This document shows, one piece after another, positions 53,139-64,000 of a stretch of 64,000 nucleotides of DNA (positions are counted from its first letter, which is position 1; the number at the start of each line of letters is the position of its first letter). Under the pieces are notes generated by a model that was not told where the DNA came from, made no database searches, and saw nothing but the letters and a program-made list of their open reading frames with translations. The DNA is from Octopus sinensis (lineage: Eukaryota): NCBI RefSeq assembly GCF_006345805.1, contig NC_042998.1, positions 47,616,001 through 47,680,000 on the forward strand, given 5' to 3'. The position numbers and the translations under genes are program-made.

Positions 53139-53854
53139 ATGGTGGTGGATCTCCGTCATTTGACGAGGAGGATTCAGTTGTTTGATTAACTGAATTAACA
53201 TGTAAGTGAAGTAACCCTGTGAACGCGGGAAGATATATCGGCTCAAATTTTTATTACCGTTAATGCGGAAAGCGACTTAACCTCCCACCATTGACAATGC
53301 GTGAAAGTCTCAACTGGTTAATATGAAAAAATAATAAATTAAAGATGGTTAGCGAGGATAACGTTCGGATTTTTGTGATACGATCGCTATTGAGTTTGTC
53401 TTTCCTTTAGTTGTAACGGTTATTTTTTTCAATGATAAGTTAAATATTTTACGGAATTAATGATAAACTTATTTGGGTTATTTCTGAGAACTTTATCCCA
53501 AAACCTGAAAGCGTAGCCTGTGTTGAGTCTGTATCAAAAGATAGTTGCTCATCTGCTAATCATTGAAAAGTGAAGGAAATTGGAATACTATGATTACTTA
53601 ATACACTTTTATATATATACTTTATATACTTTATGCACCATTTTGTAGACTTACTACACAGCACTTTCTCTGTTTCCCTTTCACTCTTCGCTTTACCCTC
53701 TTTTCTCTTTCTTTTTTCTTTCGCTCTTCACTTTTCCTTTCAACTAATCATGTGAAATTGTTACAGACGGGCGAAGTAACGGAGAAAAACATTAAACATT
53801 TCATCCACCATCACCTCTCCCTCCCTGGACGTAAACGCCAAAAACATGTTAAAA

Positions 53855-54420
53855 ATAAAGAATATTGGTGGAACTCACAAGTAAAAACAGTAATTCGGTG
53901 CAAACATAACAGACTTGGTTGTTCTGTGGGACAGGGAACAAAAGTCATGCACTGTTGTAGAGGTCAACTACCTAATGGATGTGTACGTACGATCAAAAGT
54001 TCGGGAAAAGGAGACCATTTTTGGTGAATTCATGTGGAACTTACAAATCTTGTACTCTGACTATAAGTTCTCATTTGTGACTATTCCCATACGAGCAGTA
54101 GGCTATGTACCAATAAATTTACACAAAAAAAGAAAATTAGAAATACTAGGTTTTTCGACGAAAGAGCAAAAGAAATCGATGCGGATTCCTGAAATCCAGT
54201 CTATCAGTGGCACAGTGAAGTCTTGTAAGACATTCCAAAGACTCTGAGATTTTTTAGGTGAATGGATGCACACATTTGCATGTGTGCATCGACAGCTCAA
54301 CTAACATACCAACACAACCACATATTTACAAACACCTAGAACTCTCTTAGCTAAAAAAAAAATCTTGCCGCTGTGTTAGCGACCGGCTTGAAACCTCTCA
54401 AGAACTTAAAGCATACATCC
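53855..54420 (+). mobile_element. R4/Dong-like LINE 3' fragment (restriction-like endonuclease region)
   Basis: EYWWNSQVKT..KHNR(L)D-VVLWDREQKSCTVVEV..KVREKETIFGE..AVGYVP..SISGTVKSCKTF, stop at 54247. Confidence 0.75.
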
Positions 54421-54456
54421 ACACATACATATATATAAATATATGTGCGTGTGTGT

Positions 54457-54518
<62 letters not shown>

Positions 54519-54567
54519 ATTTATATATCTATCTATCTGTATATGTGTGTATACATACATACATATT

Positions 54568-54603
<36 letters not shown>

Positions 54604-54859
54604 ATGCGTGAGCATGTGTGTGTGTGTGCCTGAGAGAGAGAAGCAAAGAGACAGAGAAGCAAAGAGACAGAGACTGACAGATAGATATAACTTCATCGTA
54701 AGGGAAGAATACAGTCAACTGAATCATCACACATCGCACATACATGGGTTTATAAATATTAAATTGAGCTTATTATTTTAAAGCAAGTTCAGGAATAACA
54801 AGGTGAACATTTACTGATGTGGTGACTTGGTACTAAAAGTAGAGCCAAATTTATTGTAA

Positions 54860-55018
54860 ATGGGCTCCAGTACTCAACTTGTATTTATTTTATTGATCCG
54901 CGAAAGGGTGAAAGGTAAAGTCAACCCCGGCGGCATTTGAACCCAGAACGTAAAGACGAACGAAATGCCTCTAAGCATTTTGCCCGGCCTGCTAACGACT
55001 CTGCCAGCTCACTGCTTT
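54860..55018 (-). mobile_element. SINE family B
   Basis: GAAAGGTAAAGTCAACCCCGGCGGCATTTGAAC...CTGCCAGCTCAC. Confidence 0.85.
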
Positions 55019-55870
55019 GATTATTTGAAATATTGCGAATAATACCATACCTTATCTCAGACAGTTACAGGGCGCTGATAACAATTTCAATATCCCAATC
55101 GGCAACACTAAAGAAATTAAGACAGAAACACTGCCGTGAATGGGAGAGGCTAATTAAAAAAATCACTGAAGGATGAACTGTGAACCATGGCGAGTTAGAT
55201 GATACCAAAAGCGAACTCAGCTTCATGTAATTCGTAATTCTAAAATATGAAATTGTGAAAATAATAAACCATGAATAATATCTCTTATGTGATACTACCT
55301 ATGGAGAATCAGAACGTCCTGATATCATAATCTATGTCAACTTTAGTCCCTACTAACGAAGTATAACTGGATAGACAATACAGTTAACCTCGTCATTCCA
55401 GCCATTCACAAAAGCTTTATAAAATTTACTCGACGAACAAGGCCTCTTTCCTCTTCTCTCTCTCCTTACATTCCCAGTAATACATGTAGAAGTTGAACAA
55501 TCTTTCAAAAGAATGTATACTTCGTCAACAAAGTAAATATCAGGAGAGTTGTCAATATATAGCAACAAATATACACAAACAAACTGTTTGCATTCTCCCA
55601 TTCTTCTCGTTTTCTTTTTTTTAAAAAGAAACATATTTACATTAAAAAAATATTATTGTTATTGTTGTCAGTGTTGTTTTTTTGTTGTGTATGAGGTTGT
55701 AAGAATGGTGGTGGAATTTGAGGGATGCAGGAATAACCAAATAGTTTCGAAGCTTGCCTTGCAGTCATGATGCCCGACCTACAAGTGCCACTACGCTTCT
55801 GTTTTTAGTCTGAGTTGACTTTTGCCGACAACTTCGTTACCGCTCGCCAACTACTAACCCTTTGTAGCAA

Positions 55871-56554
55871 CAGCGCCCCCCAATCATTTTTTGCACCACA
55901 GACCTGTTTCATGAAAGACCACTTTTCCACGGACCGGGGAATCACGTGCATAATAAAAAAAAAATAATAAAGTGCATAATACTCTTTTACTTGTTTCAAT
56001 CAGTTGACTGCGGCCATGCTGGAGCACCGCCTTTAGTAGAGGAAATTAACCCCAGAATTTATTCTCTGTAAGCCTAGTACTTATTCTATCGGTCTCTTTT
56101 GCCGAACAGCTAACTGACGGGGACGCAAACACACCAGCATCGGTTGTCAAGCGATGATGGTGGGACAAATACAGACGCAAAAACACACACACATATATAT
56201 ATACATATACATATATACGACGGGCTTCTTTCAGTTTCCGTCTACCAAATCCACTCACAAGGCTTTGGTCGGACCGAGGCTATAGCAGAAGACACTTGCC
56301 CAAGGTGCCAAGCTGTGAGACTGAACCCGGAACCATGTGGTTGGTAAGCAAGCTACTTACCAAACAGCTACTCCTTACATATATAATACACACACACACA
56401 CACACACACACACATAAAATGGGCAAATTTCCTGTGGACTGTGATAATCATTGAAATAGAACCAAAATCTTAAAATTAGTTTTTCTTGTGCAGCCTGGTA
56501 CCAAATGATCAACGGCCCAGTTCTGGTCAGCGGCCCGGTGGTTGGAGACCTCTG
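55871..56554. mobile_element. hAT-Charlie (MER1-like) MITE interrupted by SINE A
   Basis: Ends CAGCGCCCCCCAATC..TTTTGCACCACAGACC..TTTTCCACGGAC and GCGGCCCGGTGGTTGGAGACCTCTG resemble Charlie3/MER1 termini; no TSD recognisable. Confidence 0.7.
55981..56376 (-). mobile_element. SINE family A, full length
   Basis: Same head, microsatellite and tail layout as 1687-2173. Confidence 0.9.
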
Positions 56555-59500
56555 ATTTATGGAATATAGTGGTAGGCGTTGTATCGGCACAAGATGCATT
56601 AACTCAACTGACAGAAGACTGTAAGTGCTTGACACTATTGCAGATGTCTAATGTTCAAACATGTATAGCATTAAATAAGTAATGTTTTTCAGCCTAGCTC
56701 TATATATCCGCTTACATATAGATCAGCCGAGATCTATTATATTCATTTATTGACTCTAAGTACGGATAAAAATATGCTTTGTTGGAAGAGCTAATTAAAC
56801 CCAAACAAAACCACTGTTGTCACTCTCAAAAGTACTGGGGTCGATTCATTCGACTAAAAATTGAAGGCGGTGCCCCACCATGGCCGCGGTCAAGTAACTG
56901 AAATAAGTAAAAGGTAAAAGATAAAGACACATACATATAAGTACATACAAGCATATGTACTTACACACACTCACATACACGCGCACACACACACATACAA
57001 ACATACACACACAAGGTCAAAGAAGAATAAGGTATAATGATAATATCCCAGAACAAACTCGTTGACAAGATAAAATTATGTTGGCATTTTAGCTTCTTGA
57101 GTGATATCAAGTTTAAAGCATATAGCAAATCTGACTTGAAGTAGAACTGCCATGCCAGGTCATCTTACTGACCCTCGTCCCTCTCTTTTTAGCTATTTCA
57201 CCTGAACAAGAGATGTGTGTAGCAAATGTATCTTTGTATTGTTAAAAGCGATTCAGCTGCATGTTCCTGTTAGATATTTTCAAGATATCTCCTTATGAAG
57301 TCATTACAAGGTCTAGCGTCAGATGTCCAGTTTGAGTGTAAGTGGTGTTAATAAACGTAAGGTTAACGAATAGTAGTAATAACACTTACCAATGAATAAC
57401 TGTAAGTAGTTGTTTTGTTTTTTTAATGAACAGAATCTTAAGGCACACTAGAATAGATAAGGTATGAGTGGCAGAGAGTACTTCCGTATATGCTGCTGAT
57501 AGTAGTCTTTGTATGACCTGGTGTGTGTATGTTTGTATGTGTGTGTGCGCGTGTATGTGAGTGTGTGTAAGTACATATGCTTGTATGTACTTATATGTAT
57601 GTGTCTTTATCTTATTGACTCTAAGTACGGATAAAAATATGCTTTGTTGGAAGAGCTAATTAAACCCAAAGATCGAAGTAGCCAATAGACTGCATTGTTA
57701 AGTGGTAGATTATTGTACTAGACGTGGTACTTGCAACTTCATTACTTTCAGTAAAGCTACGACGATCGAAAGAAATGGAACGTGATGCATAAGTGTAATA
57801 CACCAGTAAATCTGAGAGAACGGAAACCGTACAAGTGGTTACTGCAGAGAAAGAAAAACTGAATGAGTTTCTACCATATTTGAGACTTTGATAGAGAGAA
57901 CGTTAAAGAGAAAGCGGATAGGATCAAAGAAAGTACCCTACATAGGACTTAATGTAGCCTACATGGGACTTAATGTAGCGTGCTTCAATAGTGAGCAGAA
58001 CCTCTATAGATAAGGAGAAATTACAGTGTTTGGCGATAGATCTGAAATTAACGCTTTAAAAATGATTCTAGAAACACTGTCGTGACCTCTCTTTTTTTAG
58101 GGTTGTTGTATGAACACCGCAGTAAGATAAATGGAGTAGAGTGGGAGGATCTTGCAGAGGGTTCACTATAGTACAGGAACCAAAGATTTCTGAAATGTTT
58201 CTGGAAATCTTTTTAAGAAGAAATCAAGGCGTAGGAGAGGCTGTGTGGTAAGTAGCTTGCTTACGAACCACATTGTGTTAACAACAAACAAGATGAGAAC
58301 AAATATCCGTCAATTGTAAATAATGTAAATAATGTACATTATCCAGTATATCTTTAATCATTTAAGGTGTATTTGGTTGCTATTTTCTGCTAGTGAAAAA
58401 CTGCCTAGATACTGTCTCGTTGCGATAGTTGGTAAATTCCTCTTAACAGTGGTGCTGGGTGACTTCCAGAAGTTGAAGGCTTCTACAGCACATTCACGAA
58501 AGAAAAACAGAGAACTTCAGTTTATAGGTATTGGTCATGTGAATGATATACAGACTATAATACCTAGGAAGTTCACTTTCGTTATTTGTTCCCTTTAATT
58601 GTACTATGTGCGCATGCGTAATACATAGATAGAGTTAAACATTTTAATCGTGTCGCTAATGGTCGTTCAGTCGGTAAATTAGTTTTGCTATTACCCTTAA
58701 GTTTTTGGCTTGTGTTTCTTATAATTTTTTTCCTATGAATTCTCTTCATGTACATAAAGATGAACTGTCAATGAACAGTGAAACATGCCAGGGCATTCTT
58801 CTTTATTTTCCTTTGTGCGAAGAGAATAACGAAATATAATCATATCCATTTAAGCTTCACAGCAATGGCCTTTTTTAATTGACTGTGATTCAACTATTAT
58901 GTAGATACATATGAGTGTATGTGTGTGTGTATAATTAGATATATGTGTGTAAAAATATGTGTAATATATAAACATATACACATATATGTCGTTCAACGAT
59001 TTCTTTTTATGTAAAATTATACATAAAAAAAAGTTAAACGCTAAACTGAAGGATCACTCAGTACTTTTTATCAGAGAACCGTATTTATAAATTTTTACAA
59101 ACTTCGAACTCGCTGTCAAGCATTTCGCTATCAACACACACACGCACACACACACACACATATGTTTGTGTGTGGTGTGTGTGTGTGTGTGTGTACTTCA
59201 TGCACGAATTTCACAAAATCAAATGAGAAAATATGCAAGAGACGAATATGAAAGCTAGAAGCCGGTGCAGTGGACGAAATATGGGCTATTTGGCAGTAAT
59301 AGGGTGTAAACATTGGATTTTGTGACAAGATTCTCTCTGCAGTATGTTTTTTAGGGCAGCTCTTGCCGTCAAGTAAAGATAAGGCAAATACTGACAGACA
59401 GATGGCACCGAAACTTCGTCACCCTGTCGTGTAACTAAATTTTTTTTTTCTCACCAGAACTTACTCCTCCGGCTATTCCCATGTTAGTAATTCCTTGGCA

Positions 59501-59861
59501 TCGTGTAACGAAAGTTGAATAACAGAATATACATATATATATACAGAGAGAAAGAGAGAGAGAGAAAGAGCGGAATGAGAGATATATACACTTGCACATG
59601 TGTATATCACACTACGTAAAATGCACAGGGTACAAACCATGGTAATATACACACACACACATTTACATTCATTCATATATATATACATTACTAATGGTCC
59701 TCTTCCATCATAGTCGAGAACATTCCCATCAAAGCTTCCGCCTCATGCAGGCACAACTATGTAACCTGTATTTTATTCAAAATAAATAACGAAGGAAACA
59801 TTTATAGAGATTTACTACAAAACCAACAAGTATTTTACCAATAAGTATTATGAATACTAGC

Positions 59862-60185
59862 GTGTAGGCGCAATGGCCCAGTGGTTAGGGCAGCGGACTC
59901 GCGGTCGGAAGATCGCGGTTTCGATTTCCAGACCGAGCTTTGTGTGTGTTTATTGAGCGAAAACATCTAAACGCTCCACGAGGCTCCGGTAGGGGGTGGT
60001 GGCGACCCCTGTTGTACTCTTTCGACCCAACATTCTCTCGCTCTTTCTTCCTGTTTCTTGAGTAACGCTGCGATGGACTGGCGTCCCATCTAGCTGGGGG
60101 GAACACATACGCCACAGAAACCGGGAAACCGGGCGCATAAGTCTGGCTAGGCTTGAAAAGGGCGCATAAATAAAATAAATAATAA
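59862..60185 (+). mobile_element. SINE: head C + V-domain-like tail
   Basis: Head C up to TTCCTGTTTCTT, then GAGTAACGCTGCGATGGACTGGCGTCC...AGAAACCGGGAAACCGGG...AAGGGCGCAT and an (AAAT)-rich end. Confidence 0.9.
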
Positions 60186-60682
60186 ATATTTGCAGCGGTT
60201 TTCTACTAATCGCAAAATGATATTTACACATTTGATTCCCAGTTTGTTTAGTATTACTAATATGTTTCGTTGAATTTTCCTTTGTATCCTGTAACTGTTC
60301 TCACTCGCTCAGTAAATAAAATTTGGGAAGAACTACAGAAATGAGCCTCCATCCCAAATTTGTTTCCTAATAACCTTCTGGGAAATAGATATTTTTTGAT
60401 AAAATTTTATACAAATACCTTTCAGATGGTGTTGAGAAATTTCGGAGAATTCACACACCAAGACTTTCTTTCCTCATATTCTCTACAAATATTTTTCAGG
60501 TGGTAGGGGCGAATATTTCACCGCATCTCGAGGTTACAATTATTTTGAAAAACAACAAAAAATAATTCGAGATCCACGTGATCCCTTCTCTTTCTAGCAT
60601 ATTGACTGAACGACCACGAGGGGATATGTTACCGTTTGGGTAAGTTTAAAACAGAGAGATTAAGACTGCGATAAATTAATGA

Positions 60683-60890
60683 TTTCAAATTTTGCCACAA
60701 AGCCAGCAATTTTGGGAGAGGAGGTAAGTCGATTACATCGAGCCCAGTATTCAACTAGTTCTTGTTTTATCGACCCTGAAAAGATGAAAAAGCAAAATCG
60801 ACCTTGGCGGAGTTTGAACTCAGGAAGTAAAGACGGATGAAATGCCAGTAAAAATTTTGTCTGGTGTGCTAACGATTCTGCTAGCTTGGT
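60683..60890 (-). mobile_element. Degenerate SINE family B
   Basis: GTCGATTACATCGAGCCCAG...TCGACCTTGGCGGAGTTTGAACTCAG. Confidence 0.75.
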
Positions 60891-60914
60891 GTGGTAAAAT
60901 AATTAAAAGAAATA

Positions 60915-61268
60915 TAGCTTGCATACCAACCACATGGTTCTGGGTTCAGTCCCACTGCGTGGCACCTCGGGCAAGTGTCTTCTACTATAGCCTCGGGCCG
61001 ACCAAAGCCCTTTGAGTGGATTTGGTAGATGGAAACTGAAAGAAGCCCGTCGTATATATGTATATATGTGTGTGTGGGGGTGGGTGTTTGTGTGTCCCCC
61101 CAACATCACTTGACAACCGATACTGGTGTGATTATATCCCCGTAACTTAGCGGTTCGGCAAAAGAGACAGTACTAGGCTTACAAAGAATAAGTCCTGGGG
61201 TTGATTTGCTCAACTAAAGGCGGTGCTCCAGCATGGCCGCAGTCAAATGACTGAAACAAGTAAAATAA
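60915..61268 (+). mobile_element. SINE family A, near full length
   Basis: CCACATGGTTCTGGGTTCAGTCCCACTGCGTGGCACC...GACTGAAACAAGTAAAA. Confidence 0.9.
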
Positions 61269-61998
61269 TAATTAGTGTTAGCATTGTACTCACCTTTCTA
61301 CAAAGATTTCTTTCGGAGAATTTTCAGTAAAGGATGGAAGTCCTCATTTTTTTTTTTCTTTTTTATGAGGAAACTAAGTCGAGGTGTGTGAAATATCATT
61401 CCATGCACTCCAATCTTCTGTTTCTTTTTTTCAACACTAAATTCCGATATAATTGTAATCTGCATAGTTGGTCTGAAACGCATTTTCTGAAAATTACATT
61501 AAAGATATCCACTTTTTAGAAAGTTATGGGAGAAAAAATTCGTGCCGCTGAGCACTTCCGTAGTTACGTCGAAATATAACCAGAGACTTAAAAAGCGTTA
61601 TTTTGCAATGTAAGACGTCACAGTGAATAAAAATTTGTCTTGTGATTGAATCGTGAGGTTGAAACCTTCAATAATAAAACCACACATTGATAAAAAATAG
61701 TAAAAAACATTTTATTAAACATTCATTAAAAATGGAACTGAGAAAACTTTTAAGATAGGGTGGACTAATAATTGCTTTCTTTTACTAAAAGTTACATACT
61801 CTGAACAAACTGATAAGCAGCTTTCTATATAATAGTATAAATATTCCCAGATGCATCTGCAGCAATTGGCCTTAATTACGAAGTAACTTCTTTCGAATCC
61901 CAGTTTCGTTATTAAAATTTATCAGTTTCTTTGAATTAGACATTAATTTCCTATATTTAGCGTGCTTCTTAATCTTTTCTGTTAATATACTTATTATC

Positions 61999-62471
61999 GG
62001 ATCTTTTCGGTTTGAACGGCAGTTTTTTCCTAGCGGTGTCATATGAAGTTGTCACCCATAATTATGACCCTAGTATCGATCTATTGCATTTCAATCTGTT
62101 TTAGGGTTAGGGTTAGTTAGTGTTATAGTTAGGGTTAGGGTTAGGGTTAGAGTTAGGGTTAGGGGTGGGGGATGGGTATCTTTTTTTCTTCACAAATGTA
62201 AATAAACCCAATCTGTTTCTTAAACGAGGGACATTTTCATACGACACAGAATGTTTTCACCTCAATAAACGTCATTGATTGGTTGAAATTGCAGAAACTG
62301 AAGAAAAAAACAACAAATATCTTACAAACTATAAAAAAACTATAGAATTTTCTCAATAAAGCCAAGAGAAAAAGATGTTTTATAAACACATTCTACCAGT
62401 ATACGAAGTTTAAAAGTGTTTAGTTACGTAGAAATTATTTTTAAAAACTGCCGGTCAAACCGAAAAGATGC
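61999..62471. mobile_element. Second copy (opposite orientation) of the TTAGGG-containing MITE
   Basis: TIRs GGATCTTTTCGGTTTGAACGGCAG / CTGCCGGTCAAACCGAAAAGATGC; (TTAGGG)n at 62101-62164. Confidence 0.9.
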
Positions 62472-62779
62472 ATATACTGTATTTTCTCCTATATATTTAT
62501 TTAAACCTACAAGAGATATATCTTTTTAGTGATTATTACAGTATTAGTAACTTCACGCCTTCTGTCCAGGTAAATATGATCTGTCAGCGTTGTTCCTGCT
62601 GCTTTTGTTATTTTTGTTTAATCCATGTGTGCCAAGATCCGAGATGACAAGTTCATCTCAATTTCCGACATATATTTTAAATTAAATTATGAGGTAAATT
62701 TAGCCGTTATTTTTAGCACGTCGAGTGACCACTTTGGATTTTCCTCTTTGGTAGGGATGATGTGTTCTAAATACAGCCA

Positions 62780-63290
62780 CTTATTTTCTTGTTTTTTCCC
62801 ATTTCTCACAATTTTTTTATTATTATATCAAAGCCAAATCATTTAAACGATTGCATTAACATTATGCGTAATGTATTAGGTTTTTTTCTCTTGGCATTCA
62901 CTTCTGTTTTTCTTAGAATTTTGTTCTGCTTTTCTTGGAACTTATCTCTGTCATATGTACTAGTCGACACTGTCAGTAATATTCTTGCTTGCTTTTCTCT
63001 TTCATTCTGAAATATTGTGTCACGTTGAGTTAATTGATTCTTAGATAGTTGTAGGGTTGTTAGTTTTCAAAAAATCTTAACTTCACATACATTATATTTC
63101 TTCATAAGCTTTCCTCTCTTGAGTGTAGCCTTTGCATATTTTTCTGCTGTAAGTTTCATACAGATATCCTTGCTAAAACTCTGTGCTATTCATTACAAGT
63201 TGACTAACTGGTTATCAATTTTGGTAAGACATTTTTAAAGTTAGCTGTGCATAAGTGGATGACATTTGATCACAACTGCTATGGTTTAAC
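62780..63290 (-). mobile_element. Degraded R4/Dong-like RT fragment
   Basis: FSKDICMKL..EKYAKATLKRGKL..YNYL.I..MKEKSKQEYY..KILRKTEVNAK. Confidence 0.65.
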
Positions 63291-63442
63291 ATAGGAGGTT
63301 GAAATGTTAAGATCAAACAGAGGAATTGAGAAGACCGGATGTGATGCTGGAACATTATTCGGTTAATAAGGATTTTTGTGTTTATATCTATTCAACCCTT
63401 TTTATAGATAGGTAATTTCTTTCCTTGTTACAATGTATCTAT

Positions 63443-63767
63443 GAGCACTCCGTCAGTTGCGACGACGAGGGTCCCAGCTGATACGATCAACGGAACAGCT
63501 TGCTCGTGAAATTAATGTGCAAGTGGCTGAGCATTCCACAGACACGTGTACCTTTAACGTAGTTCTCGGGGAGATTCAGCGTGACACAGAGTGTGACAAG
63601 GCTGGCTCTTTGAAATACAGGTACTACTCATTTTTCCCAGCTGAGTGGACTGGAGCAACGTGAAATAAAGTATCTTGCTCAAGGACACAACGCGCCGTCG
63701 GGAATTGAACTTACAACCTTACGATCATGAGCCGAATGCCCATAACCACTAAGCTACGCGCCTTCAC
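63443..63767 (-). mobile_element. SINE: head D + tail X
   Basis: Minus strand GTGAAGGCGCGTAGCTTAGTGG...GAAAAATGAGTAGTACCTGTATTTCAAAG...GTCGCAACTGACGGAGTGCTC. Confidence 0.9.
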
Positions 63768-64000
63768 TATGAATCTAATAGCAGTTAAATTACCCGTACT
63801 GCAACATATCTTAGGGTAATATTATCGAATGATTGCCTTTTGATAGTTTGTCCAAGTAAATGTTTTCCTATATTCAGTTATGACTTAATTTACCAATTGT
63901 GGATCTCTAAAGCATAACAGTAAAACACTTTTCACCACTTTTTGTTTACCTGATAAAATACAATTGTATGCCAGACAAATATTTATTCGTTATTAGAGTA

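Noticed and set aside
55353-55634. 93-aa minus-strand ORF of normal complexity
   Set aside because: No family motif and no convincing splice signals
62101-62164. (TTAGGG)n as a telomere or chromosome-fusion relic
   Set aside because: Short and internal to a TIR-bounded MITE present twice

Overview
Eukaryotic, AT-rich, non-genic (intronic or intergenic) DNA made almost entirely of microsatellites and transposon debris. The SINE families and repeat landscape suggest a cephalopod, probably Octopus (inference). No host protein-coding gene, rRNA, true tRNA or CRISPR array is supported; nearly all ORFs in the track are microsatellite translations. Recognisable content: four tRNA-headed SINE types (my labels A-D) in many copies, RTE, Tx1/L1-like, R4/Dong-like and Penelope-like retroelement fragments, mariner and piggyBac remnants, a hAT/MER1-like MITE and a TTAGGG-containing MITE. 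Highlights: (1) at least 8 type-I hammerhead ribozyme (HHR) motifs from several families, including a ~471-bp tandem non-coding unit with one HHR per copy (retrozyme-like) and a ~565-bp unit with an intact-looking HHR, mostly with inverted segments at the inferred 5' end; (2) a Tx1-like LINE sitting in (GATA)n whose 3' end is shared with a SINE tail; (3) all four combinations of two SINE heads and two SINE tails. All alignments and folds were done by eye, so boundaries are approximate.
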